DNA of 64,000 nt, taken from assembly GCA_963674755.2 (NCBI GenBank), contig CAXXVS010000001.1:640001-704000 (forward strand), given 5' to 3'. The DNA comes from Desulfobacterales bacterium (lineage in GTDB: Bacteria > Desulfobacterota > Desulfobacteria > Desulfobacterales > UBA5852). Shown piece by piece: positions 56,030 through 64,000 of this stretch; the first letter of the stretch is position 1; each line of letters begins with the position of its first letter. The position numbers were made by a program, and so were the translations under genes. Under the pieces are notes generated by a model, which did not search any database, was not told where the DNA came from, and worked only from the letters and a program-made list of their open reading frames with translations.

Positions 56030-58723
56030 TCACCGAGCGGACACAACCTCCTCTTCCAACGCTTTTCGAACCGCTGAGGCCATCGCAGCTGTGGCGAAAG
56101 GCTTCTGAATTAAATTGACGCCTTCTTCCAGAACGCCGTGCTGGGCGATAACGTCGGCCGTATAACCGGACATGAAAAGGGTCTTGAGATTGGGGCAGAT
56201 GCTCCGGATCTCATTTGCCAGATCGCGACCGTTCATCTCGGGCATCACCACATCGATGAGGAGAAGCTCTATTCGGTGGGCATGGCGCTCGGCCAGATCC
56301 ATCGCCTTACCCCGGGTTTGTGCGGTCAGAACCGTGTAGTTTAAACCATTGAGGATTTTAGCAGTCAGTTTCATGACCGCAGCATCGTCTTCGACCACCA
56401 GCACCCACTCCCCCTTCCCCTCGGGGATTGGTGTTGTTTTTTCCTCCATGGCATCGGTGATCATACCTTTGTAGCGGGGCAGGTAAATCCTGAAGGCGGT
56501 TCCCTGTCCCGGCTCGCTGTAGACATTGATGAAACCATCGTTCTGCTTGACGATGCCGTACACCGTGGCCAGCCCCAGACCGGTGCCTTTGCCGACCGCC
56601 TTGGTGGTAAAAAACGGTTCGAAAATATGCGCCTGTTTTTCCCGGCCCATACCACAGCCGTCGTCACTCACTGCCAGCATCACAAAGTCGCCCGGAATAA
56701 ACCCAAGGTGATTGGTGCAGTAGGCATCATCAAGGGTCACATTTTGGGTTTCAACGCTGAGCTTGCCCACGTCGGCAATGGCGTCTCGAGCGTTGACGCA
56801 CAGGTTGGCAAGGATCTGGTCGAGTTGGGAGGGATCCATTTTGACGGGCCACAAATCCGGATGGGGAAGCCAGGCCAGATTGATGTTTTCACCAATAAGC
56901 CGACGCAGCATCTTGAGCATCCCCTCCACCGTAGTGTTCAGATCCAGTACCGCGGGAGCGATTGTCTGCTGGCGGGCAAATGCCAGCAATTGTCGGGTAA
57001 TCTCAGTTGCACGGCTGGCTGCGGCGTATATTTCCTGCAAGTCGCCGTGAAGCGGATCGGACGGCGCCATCTTATCGATTGCAAGCTCCGCATAACCGAT
57101 GATCACGCTAAGCATGTTGTTGTAATCGTGGGCCACCCCGCCGGCCAACCGGCCTACCGATTCCATCTTCTGAGCCTGTTGGAACTGGGCTTCTAATTCG
57201 ACCTTTTCTTGCTCAGCACGCTTGCGATCGTTGATATTTTCCATCATGGGTAGGAAATAGAGCGCTTGCCCCTGTTCGTCTCTAATCAATCGAACATTAT
57301 TATGAAGCCACACCACCGAGCCATCGGCATGCAGATAGCGCTTGTCTATTTCGTAGTGATCAATTTCGCCGGTGACCAATCGCTGCGCTTGGGCGACATC
57401 CGCCTCAATGTCATCGGGATGCGTAATGTCGGCAACGCTCCGGGATGTCAGTTCTTCGGCCGAATAGCCCGTGATGCGGCATAGCGCTTCGTTGACCATA
57501 AGATAACGGTAATCCAGAGAAACCGAGGCCGCACCAATAGGCGCCTGATTGAACATACGACGGAAGAGAGCCTCGCTCTCCGAAAGTGCTTTTTCGACCT
57601 GTTTACGATCGTCGATTTGCGCCAGGTTGCCCATGTTGGCGGTCTGTCCCTGGTACTGAATGATGCTAGGAAGGTTATGCACCCACAGGGTTTTTCCATC
57701 CTTTTTCAGATGGCGGAACTCGTATTCATAGGGCGCCTTATCGCCCCTGGCTCTGGCCAAAGAGATGTTCCTAACCATTTCCCTGTCTTCGGGATGAACA
57801 AAGTCCCAATACTGGCGGCCGATGAGTTCTTCCAGAGCGTAACCCAGCATTTCTGCGAAACGGCGGTTCACGAATTCCAAAAGGCCGCCGACGTGGATGT
57901 AGATCCCGGTCAGGGAGTTCTGCGTAAGCAGACGGTACCGCTCCTCACTAGCCAATAGCGCCTGCTCCATCCGTTTGCGCTCGGTGATGTCCCGGATGTT
58001 GCATTGAATTAACTTTGTCTTGTCGACAAAGTAAATATCGGTATGGACCACCTGCCCGGTTTTCATTTTTACCGGAGCATCTTTGTAATACTTGATACCG
58101 TCCTCGTCCAACGTCTGCATCAGTTCCTGAATTGTACCCATATCCTGCGGGAAACCAATATCCTTCATGTCTTTCCCGATGCACTCCGTGTCGGGATAAC
58201 CCAACATTGACGTGATGGCTGGATTGGCATTTTGAATTTTCAATTCGTTTTTTTCGAGCAGCAGTATCCCGTCGTTGGCCGTCTCAAAAAGGCGCCGAAA
58301 GCGCTCTTCAGATTCATTCAGCAATTCTTGTGATCGCTTGCGCTCGGTGATGTCCTCAATGGCCAGGAGGATGATCGGATCTTTGCCGAGCCCTCTTTGA
58401 ATTTGCCGGGCATCCAAAAGCATTATGCGTCTGCCGATGGCGGCAAAATCGTGTTCAACCTCATAGTTGTCAAAGGAGGACTTCCGCGGAAGGATGGTTT
58501 CCAGCAGTTCCCGTAGCTTAGGGATATCCCACTGTTTATTGCCGATGTCATAAATAAGTTGGCCCACGGTATCTTCAGGCGTTACCTTAAAGATGTCATA
58601 AAATGAACGGCTGACAGAGATCACCCTTAAATCTTGATCCAGGACGATTAATGGTTCACGCACGGTGTCGATGATGCTCTCGGCGTATTCCAAGGATTTT
58701 GTCACGATATTTTTCCGGCCCAT
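56030..58723 (-). CDS. Multi-PAS hybrid sensor histidine kinase/response regulator
   Basis: Four PAS-like repeats, AHDYNN, NARDA, DDGCGM, GTGLGL, receiver DVVMP. Confidence 0.94.
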   Translation of the reverse strand: MGRKNIVTKSLEYAESIIDTVREPLIVLDQDLRVISVSRSFYDIFKVTPEDTVGQLIYDIGNKQWDIPKLRELLETILPRKSSFDNYEVEHDFAAIGRRIMLLDARQIQRGLGKDPIILLAIEDITERKRSQELLNESEERFRRLFETANDGILLLEKNELKIQNANPAITSMLGYPDTECIGKDMKDIGFPQDMGTIQELMQTLDEDGIKYYKDAPVKMKTGQVVHTDIYFVDKTKLIQCNIRDITERKRMEQALLASEERYRLLTQNSLTGIYIHVGGLLEFVNRRFAEMLGYALEELIGRQYWDFVHPEDREMVRNISLARARGDKAPYEYEFRHLKKDGKTLWVHNLPSIIQYQGQTANMGNLAQIDDRKQVEKALSESEALFRRMFNQAPIGAASVSLDYRYLMVNEALCRITGYSAEELTSRSVADITHPDDIEADVAQAQRLVTGEIDHYEIDKRYLHADGSVVWLHNNVRLIRDEQGQALYFLPMMENINDRKRAEQEKVELEAQFQQAQKMESVGRLAGGVAHDYNNMLSVIIGYAELAIDKMAPSDPLHGDLQEIYAAASRATEITRQLLAFARQQTIAPAVLDLNTTVEGMLKMLRRLIGENINLAWLPHPDLWPVKMDPSQLDQILANLCVNARDAIADVGKLSVETQNVTLDDAYCTNHLGFIPGDFVMLAVSDDGCGMGREKQAHIFEPFFTTKAVGKGTGLGLATVYGIVKQNDGFINVYSEPGQGTAFRIYLPRYKGMITDAMEEKTTPIPEGKGEWVLVVEDDAAVMKLTAKILNGLNYTVLTAQTRGKAMDLAERHAHRIELLLIDVVMPEMNGRDLANEIRSICPNLKTLFMSGYTADVIAQHGVLEEGVNLIQKPFATAAMASAVRKALEEEVVSAR

Positions 58724-58794
58724 TATATTTCTCCTGGTTCAGGGAATATCGCCCGCGATGATACAGGTTCATCCGTTTCTTTTTCCATCGAAGG

Positions 58795-59283
58795 CTAGGG
58801 CTTTGGCCAGGGCATGATCGGCACCGTGCTGATGCTGTTTTTCGGGCTGCCTTCGAGAACGCGATCGCTGTAGGACACGTAGACCAGTACATTGCGCTTG
58901 GGATCGAAGAAGCGCACAACCTGAAGCGTCTTGAAAACGAGGCTGCGGTGTTCATCGAAAACTTGTTCGCCGTCCTTGATCTGGCCAAGGAACGCAATCG
59001 GCCCGATCTGGCGACAGGCGATGCTGGCGTCGCTCGTGTCCTCGGCCACACCCACGGCGCCTTTCATGCCGCCGGTCTGCGCCCGGGAGATATGGCAGGC
59101 CACACCCTGGACCTTGGGGTCGTCGAAGCCGTCGACCACGATCTTGTCGTTGGGGCCGAGCCATCGAAAATGCGTGCTGATCGATCCGGTCGTCCCGCGT
59201 TCGGGGCGGCTGAAAAACCACCCTCCGAAGAGTAGGATGACCAGAAGGATTGCTGCGCCAATAATAATTGCAACCCTTTTCAT
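58795..59283 (-). CDS. creA: CreA family protein
   Basis: [20 protein letters not shown]...[16 protein letters not shown]...[16 protein letters not shown] before ATG 59283. Confidence 0.9.
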   Translation of the reverse strand: MKRVAIIIGAAILLVILLFGGWFFSRPERGTTGSISTHFRWLGPNDKIVVDGFDDPKVQGVACHISRAQTGGMKGAVGVAEDTSDASIACRQIGPIAFLGQIKDGEQVFDEHRSLVFKTLQVVRFFDPKRNVLVYVSYSDRVLEGSPKNSISTVPIMPWPKP

Positions 59284-59300
59284 ATTGAATCGCTCCTGTT

Positions 59301-59738
59301 TCACAACTTGTGCTTCAGGGAAAAACCGCTGATGGCATCAACCACCGGTTTCAGCATATCGTAAGGGCTCTGACCTTCTGCCAACCCGCCAAGGTAGTAG
59401 ACCCATCCGCCTGATTTGGCCGCCATCCGTTCGATGCCGTTCCGGCCAAGCTCGTCCCAGTCGTAGGCCACAATATAGTGCTCGATGTCGAGGCTCTTGA
59501 GAATGGCGGCCGCCTCAGGGGTGATATAAGACCCCAAGGTGGACACCACCACCGCTTTGTCCTGGTCCCGGAGCAGGTTGTAGAAGGTAAAATAATCGAA
59601 AATGCCCTCTAACAGGATGATGGTCCGGTACTGACGGATACAGCACCTTGCCTTGTCCAAACCATAGAGCCAACTCCTGGCGGAAAGGGGAACTTCTCGG
59701 GCCTGGTGCTTGAGCCAGCGGACGCCCCTATCGCCCGG
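59301..59738 (-). pseudogene. 5'-truncated duplicate of the primase-like gene (Toprim part only)
   Basis: Open frame PGDRGVRWLKHQ...EGIFDY...YDWD...LKHKL with no 5' half. Confidence 0.85.
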
Positions 59739-61562
59739 CTAAATCCACTTGGGGGTTCGGGAAAAACTGCCCTCTACCGCCTAACGAAGCTACTTTGTAA
59801 CTGAAAATGGCCTTAAGCGTTTCGATTTTAGGTTCTCTATAAGGCGGTTTAAATTGTCTTTGGTTGACAAGATGATCCATTTCTTTTGGCCAACCACCAG
59901 GGAGCACAATGTTACGCCCAATTAACCTGTCTATGATTTTCAGTATGAGCCCTTCTGGAAAAAAAAAGTGCATATCTCTGCCTGAGTGCCATTTAGGCAA
60001 CCCTGATAATACAAACGGCTTGAAGGAATCTTGGTTGCTCTCAAACTTGTTGTTAACTACGATCGCTCCTCCATCCCATCCGAGGTTTCGAACTATAATA
60101 GTAGATGAATGCAGATCGTTCGGCCGCAAATCGATGATACGGTTGTTCTCAACCCGCAAAAAACTTTTATTAAAGTTGGTTATCAAAGCCACTTGATGGT
60201 GCTTAGCCTCCTCTAAGATAATCAAATTATCTGTAATCATAGCATAGGAGCCTGGAGCGTTATCGACAATTGCGCCTGTGTGCCATGCAAATGGATTAAC
60301 AACGATGTTATTTGTTACGATCGATGCCTGTATTTTTGTCGTGCCATATTGCTCATTCCGCAGAACTCCACCGCACTGATATGCAGACGGATTTATGAAG
60401 ATATTCTCTTTCAGTACGATAGACGCGTTTCCCAAAACTGAAGCAACGCCACCATCACTAAAGGCGTATTTAGAATATGAACCCCCTTTTACTACAAAAT
60501 CAGCTTGTCCGATCCGATAAGAAAAGTCCGGAAAATGGGTTCCTCCTACACCCGCCATCATGTTTTGGAAGATAAATCCCGAAATGCTTGTTTGCAGGTG
60601 TTTATCCGAGACGACACCGTCGACAACTATGAAACTGGAGACTTTGTGTCCTTTCATCAGTGGCATTAGATGGGATGCTTCGGCAAACTGGTCCTCAAAA
60701 TGGCCTTTTATAAAAGGGTTATCCATTAAAGCATCAACGGCGTTTGCTCTGCCAACAAACTCAATGCCAAAGTGCTTTTTGCGAAAAATGATTGGTTTGT
60801 TTATCTCATATGATCCTGGTAAGAGCTTGATAACCTTTCTCTTTGCATTTAACCCAGATAATACATTCATTGCTTCCCCAATTGCTTCCTGCGCTTCCTT
60901 TCCCTCTTTGACGCCGTATTTCAAGCCGACTATCATTGTCAGCATAGTGCCGGATTCGTCGATTTGTGGCTCTGATAGCGTTATGGTCTTCTTCCACGAA
61001 GACCCTTTTGTCCCTTCTGGGAAAAAGACAAACAAAGAAATGACAACGCCAAAGCCTAATAACGCAATGGCAGATATGAGGCGTTTGTTCTTCATGATGG
61101 TCAGAATCCTTTCTGGCCGGCATCGGTCTGCGCATGTTTCAGGGGAAAACCGCTGATGGCATCAACCACCGGTTTCAGCATATCGTAAGGGCGCTGACCT
61201 TCTGCCAGACCGCCAAGGTAGTAGACCCATCCGCCTGATTTGGCCGCCATCCGTTCGATGCCGTTCCGGCCAAGCTCGTCCCAGTCGAAGGCGACAATGA
61301 AGTGCTCGATGTCGAGGCCTTTGAGAATGGCCGCTGCCTCAGGGGTGATATAAGAACCCAAGGTGGACACCATCACCGCTTTGTCCTGGTCCCGGAGCAG
61401 GTTGTAGAAGGTAAAATAATCAAAGAGGCCCTCCACCAGGATGATGGTCCGGAACTGACGGATATAGCGTCTTGCCTTGTCCAAACCATAGAGCCAGCTC
61501 CTGGCGGAAAGGGGGACCTCTCGGGCCTGGTGCTTCAGCCAGCGAACGCCCCTATCGCCCGG
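59311..61562. repeat. 428-bp direct repeat pair (59311-59738 / 61135-61562)
   Basis: Manual alignment, ungapped, about 29 mismatches (~93% identity), offset 1824 bp. Confidence 0.92.
59728..61095 (-). CDS. AT-rich membrane-anchored hypothetical protein, possible right-handed beta-helix
   Basis: N-terminal TM, IKLLPGSYEI motif, recurring ENIF/NNIV/DNLI/NNRI/NNKF. Confidence 0.75.
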   Translation of the reverse strand: MKNKRLISAIALLGFGVVISLFVFFPEGTKGSSWKKTITLSEPQIDESGTMLTMIVGLKYGVKEGKEAQEAIGEAMNVLSGLNAKRKVIKLLPGSYEINKPIIFRKKHFGIEFVGRANAVDALMDNPFIKGHFEDQFAEASHLMPLMKGHKVSSFIVVDGVVSDKHLQTSISGFIFQNMMAGVGGTHFPDFSYRIGQADFVVKGGSYSKYAFSDGGVASVLGNASIVLKENIFINPSAYQCGGVLRNEQYGTTKIQASIVTNNIVVNPFAWHTGAIVDNAPGSYAMITDNLIILEEAKHHQVALITNFNKSFLRVENNRIIDLRPNDLHSSTIIVRNLGWDGGAIVVNNKFESNQDSFKPFVLSGLPKWHSGRDMHFFFPEGLILKIIDRLIGRNIVLPGGWPKEMDHLVNQRQFKPPYREPKIETLKAIFSYKVASLGGRGQFFPNPQVDLAGR

Positions 61563-62405
61563 GCGTCTGCCGACCAATCCGATCGGACGGGCATCGGCAT
61601 CATCAATGGGAAACACCATCCGACCGGCGAAAAAATCACCGTAATTTCTTGAAAACAGGTTTTTGCGTTTGAAATCGATCTGCCGGCAATAGTACCCGTA
61701 TCCCTTGACGGTCGCATCGTTCAAAAACCTGCAAAGGCCGCTATTTGAAAATGCATCGAAGACATCAGCGGCCTTTTCAAAGTGTGGCAGGAAACCGTCT
61801 ATCAGTGCCCGGCCGTGGTGCTGTTCATCGCTGTAGGGTGGCGCGTAGCCGATGTTGAACTTGCCGATGGTGTCTTTACCGACACCCCGGCGGGCAAGAT
61901 AATCCCAAATGCACTTGAACCGGTCTTCATTTGACATCAGGAGGTGATTGTAGAAAGTGGCCGCATCACGCAGGATGGAAGCCGTCTTCTCATCAGGGCC
62001 TTTCGGTTCGGCAAACACAACCGGTTCATCGGGCTCCGGGGTTTCGTCGGGTCCAGGCATACCGGGGCCGCTGCCATCATCGTACTTGAAATCCACGACA
62101 CCCAAATGCGCCGCCCACACCTCCTGTGCCTTTCGGAGCCGATAGTTCTTGCGCAGCATGATGAGGTCATATATGCCCCAATCCCCTTTGCAGGCCCCGA
62201 AGCAATGGAACCGGACCTCATCATCTTTGTTGACGTACACCATGAAACGGTCCTGGGTATCGGCGTGGAACGGGCACGGGGCGTTGTACCGATTTTTTCT
62301 GACGCGCGTGAAACGAATCCCCAGCAGCGTTTCCGCATAGTGGATCATGGCATCGATGGTCGCGGCCGATTTTAAATCCTGATATTGCCCGATCCCCTGC
62401 AACAT
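61101..62405 (-). CDS. DnaG-like primase (CHC2 zinc finger plus Toprim)
   Basis: CPFH...HCFGAC, YLARRG, IGYAP, GRMVFPI, VEGLFDY, FDWD; no helicase-binding tail. Confidence 0.88.
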   Translation of the reverse strand: MLQGIGQYQDLKSAATIDAMIHYAETLLGIRFTRVRKNRYNAPCPFHADTQDRFMVYVNKDDEVRFHCFGACKGDWGIYDLIMLRKNYRLRKAQEVWAAHLGVVDFKYDDGSGPGMPGPDETPEPDEPVVFAEPKGPDEKTASILRDAATFYNHLLMSNEDRFKCIWDYLARRGVGKDTIGKFNIGYAPPYSDEQHHGRALIDGFLPHFEKAADVFDAFSNSGLCRFLNDATVKGYGYYCRQIDFKRKNLFSRNYGDFFAGRMVFPIDDADARPIGLVGRRPGDRGVRWLKHQAREVPLSARSWLYGLDKARRYIRQFRTIILVEGLFDYFTFYNLLRDQDKAVMVSTLGSYITPEAAAILKGLDIEHFIVAFDWDELGRNGIERMAAKSGGWVYYLGGLAEGQRPYDMLKPVVDAISGFPLKHAQTDAGQKGF

Positions 62406-62466
62406 TTCTCCTTGATCAGCTCCCGATGCTGTTTGGCCGTCATCGTTTCATTTTTTAACAAAGGCT

Positions 62467-62667
62467 TTATCCTTTGATCCGCTTTAATGTACCGTTTTCC
62501 AGCAATTCTTGTAGCTGGCTGAGCAGTCGCTGTTCATGATCATCCGTTATCCCGTCATTGCTTGCCACCTTCATTATTTCCACATACTCGCTGTTGGTAA
62601 TGACGTGATCGCTAATTGCTTTTTCGATTACCTCTTTTAATTCCAATCCCGATTGGGTCAGTTTCAT
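62467..62667 (-). CDS. Small hypothetical protein (66 aa)
   Basis: GGAGG RBS before ATGAAACTG; helical, acidic DGITD loop. Confidence 0.7.
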   Translation of the reverse strand: MKLTQSGLELKEVIEKAISDHVITNSEYVEIMKVASNDGITDDHEQRLLSQLQELLENGTLKRIKG

Positions 62668-62831
62668 GATGTCCTCCGTTTTGGGTTTTCCCATTGTGAC
62701 CGCCCATAAGCCAAATCCGTGTCGCCGGATTTTAAGCTTAATCCCCCTGATTCGGCGAGGCCTGCCGGGTTTCAACTCATTTGCGATGATATCAATGATA
62801 CTCTCTTCTCCTATGACCAACGTATTGATCT

Positions 62832-64000
62832 TCATGCTGAATGATCCATTGGCACTGCCCGGCCAGGCCGTTTGCCCGGGGCATACCCCGCGATGCCGAT
62901 CATGAATCGCACCACGCCGTAACTCAGCCAGCTCGCCAGGCGCTGTCCGATGGATTGGGTCCTCCAGTTGTTCATGCCGATTCGCTGGGCCCCCGTCGCC
63001 ATGGCCTCCTCCAGGCTGGACTTTAATTCTTTGGCAAAGCCTTTATCGTCGACAACCACATTGGCTTCAAGTGACAGCAGCATGCTGAAGGGGTCGAGAT
63101 TGGAAGAGCCCACCGTGGCCCAATGGCCATCGATCACCGCAACTTTGGCGTGCAGAAGACTTTGGTGATATTCATAGATCTCGATCCCGGCCGCGAGAAA
63201 ACTGCCATAGAGGGCATGGGAGGCATAATGCAGCAATGGGTGATCCATCCTGCCCTGCAGCAGCAATACCACACGGACCCCGCGGCCGGCTGCGTCCACA
63301 AGTGCGTGACGGAAATTCAATCCGGGTAAAAAGTAGGCATTGGCAAGAATGACCTCGCATTGTGCCTGCGCGATCGCCCGTAGATAGGCATCTTCGATAT
63401 CGCGGCGGTGTCGGATATTATTGCGCACCAGAAAAGCCGCGTGCATTATCCCCTTGGGATCGGTTGGAGGAATCTGTCGGTCATTTTCCTGATCCCAGCC
63501 AGGAAGCCAGCGCATCCAGGCCACGCGCGACCATACCTGGCGGACAGCGTTATGAATGGCGATAACAAGAGGCCCTTCCACACTTACCGCATAGTCCAAG
63601 CGCGTCGATGTCCGACCCTGAATGTCCATATTGTCGATGATATTGATGCCGCCGACAAATGCGATCGTCCGGTCCACGACCACGATTTTGCGGTGCAGGC
63701 GACGCAACCGGCGGCGCCGAAGCGTCCAGGGGGATGTCTTGGGGCGGAATTTCATCACCCATACGCCGGCCGCCTCAAGGTCCTCGACCATGGTTGGCGG
63801 CAACCCCATCGAGCCGAATCCATCGATCAACAGGCGGGTTTTTACGCCCCGCAAGGCCGCCCGCTTGAGGACGCCGGCAATGCGCCGCCCGGTCGTGTCA
63901 TCATCGAAGATATAGGTTTCCAGATAGATGTCATGCTTCGCCCGATCCAGGGCCGCTTCGATGGCCGGGAAATAGGCCTCGCCGTTTTGCAGGAGACGGA
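62832..64000 (-). CDS. clsB: Cardiolipin synthase B (5' end outside the window)
   Basis: LLQNGEAYFPA, two HKD motifs (HRKIVVVD, HAKVAVID), GSSNLD. Confidence 0.92.
   Translation of the reverse strand, partial: RLLQNGEAYFPAIEAALDRAKHDIYLETYIFDDDTTGRRIAGVLKRAALRGVKTRLLIDGFGSMGLPPTMVEDLEAAGVWVMKFRPKTSPWTLRRRRLRRLHRKIVVVDRTIAFVGGINIIDNMDIQGRTSTRLDYAVSVEGPLVIAIHNAVRQVWSRVAWMRWLPGWDQENDRQIPPTDPKGIMHAAFLVRNNIRHRRDIEDAYLRAIAQAQCEVILANAYFLPGLNFRHALVDAAGRGVRVVLLLQGRMDHPLLHYASHALYGSFLAAGIEIYEYHQSLLHAKVAVIDGHWATVGSSNLDPFSMLLSLEANVVVDDKGFAKELKSSLEEAMATGAQRIGMNNWRTQSIGQRLASWLSYGVVRFMIGIAGYAPGKRPGRAVPMDHSA

Noticed and set aside
59311..61562. Repeat pair as the TR/VR of a diversity-generating retroelement
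   Set aside because: Mismatches involve all four bases rather than adenines only, and no reverse transcriptase is present
1..64000. CRISPR array, rRNA, tRNA, intact transposase or integrase
   Set aside because: No regularly spaced repeats, RNA gene signatures or DDE/tyrosine recombinase motifs recognised by eye; short RNAs could have been missed

Overview
64-kb window from a GC-rich anaerobe. Gene content (HdrA/QmoC-like proteins, Hcp, many sigma-54 promoters) points to a sulfate-reducing Desulfobacterota lineage; this is inferred. Three parts. (1) 1-17.9 kb, native-looking GC-rich DNA: USP, atypical Ser/Thr kinase, DUF1638 protein, Cache/HAMP-PP2C phosphatase, a PAS sigma-54 activator divergent from an operon tusA-like, tusA, mvhD-like, hdrA-like x2, wHTH, qmoC-like, dsrE, then a Cys-rich unknown gene, a PAS-HisKA gene and hcp. 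(2) about 17.9-32.1 kb, a patchy, partly AT-rich accessory block: DUF362 protein, ECF sigma with hydrolase/methyltransferase/acyltransferase, a degenerate two-copy repeat, and an Lrp-gabT-ADH-APC permease amine catabolism unit whose gabT is a GC mosaic. (3) 32-64 kb, an all-minus-strand stress-type region: GT4/GH130 cluster, SPFH pair, sensor kinases, B12 radical SAM, khpA, Pat-type acetyltransferase, csbD, Na+/H+ antiporter, creA, clsB and several gene remnants. It carries two copies of a tandem palindromic operator upstream of sigma-54-like promoters, and a DnaG-like primase whose 3' 428 bp is duplicated (~93% identical) around an AT-rich cargo gene. No rRNA, tRNA, CRISPR array or intact transposase/integrase was recognised. 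All calls are by eye from motifs; no database searches were run.
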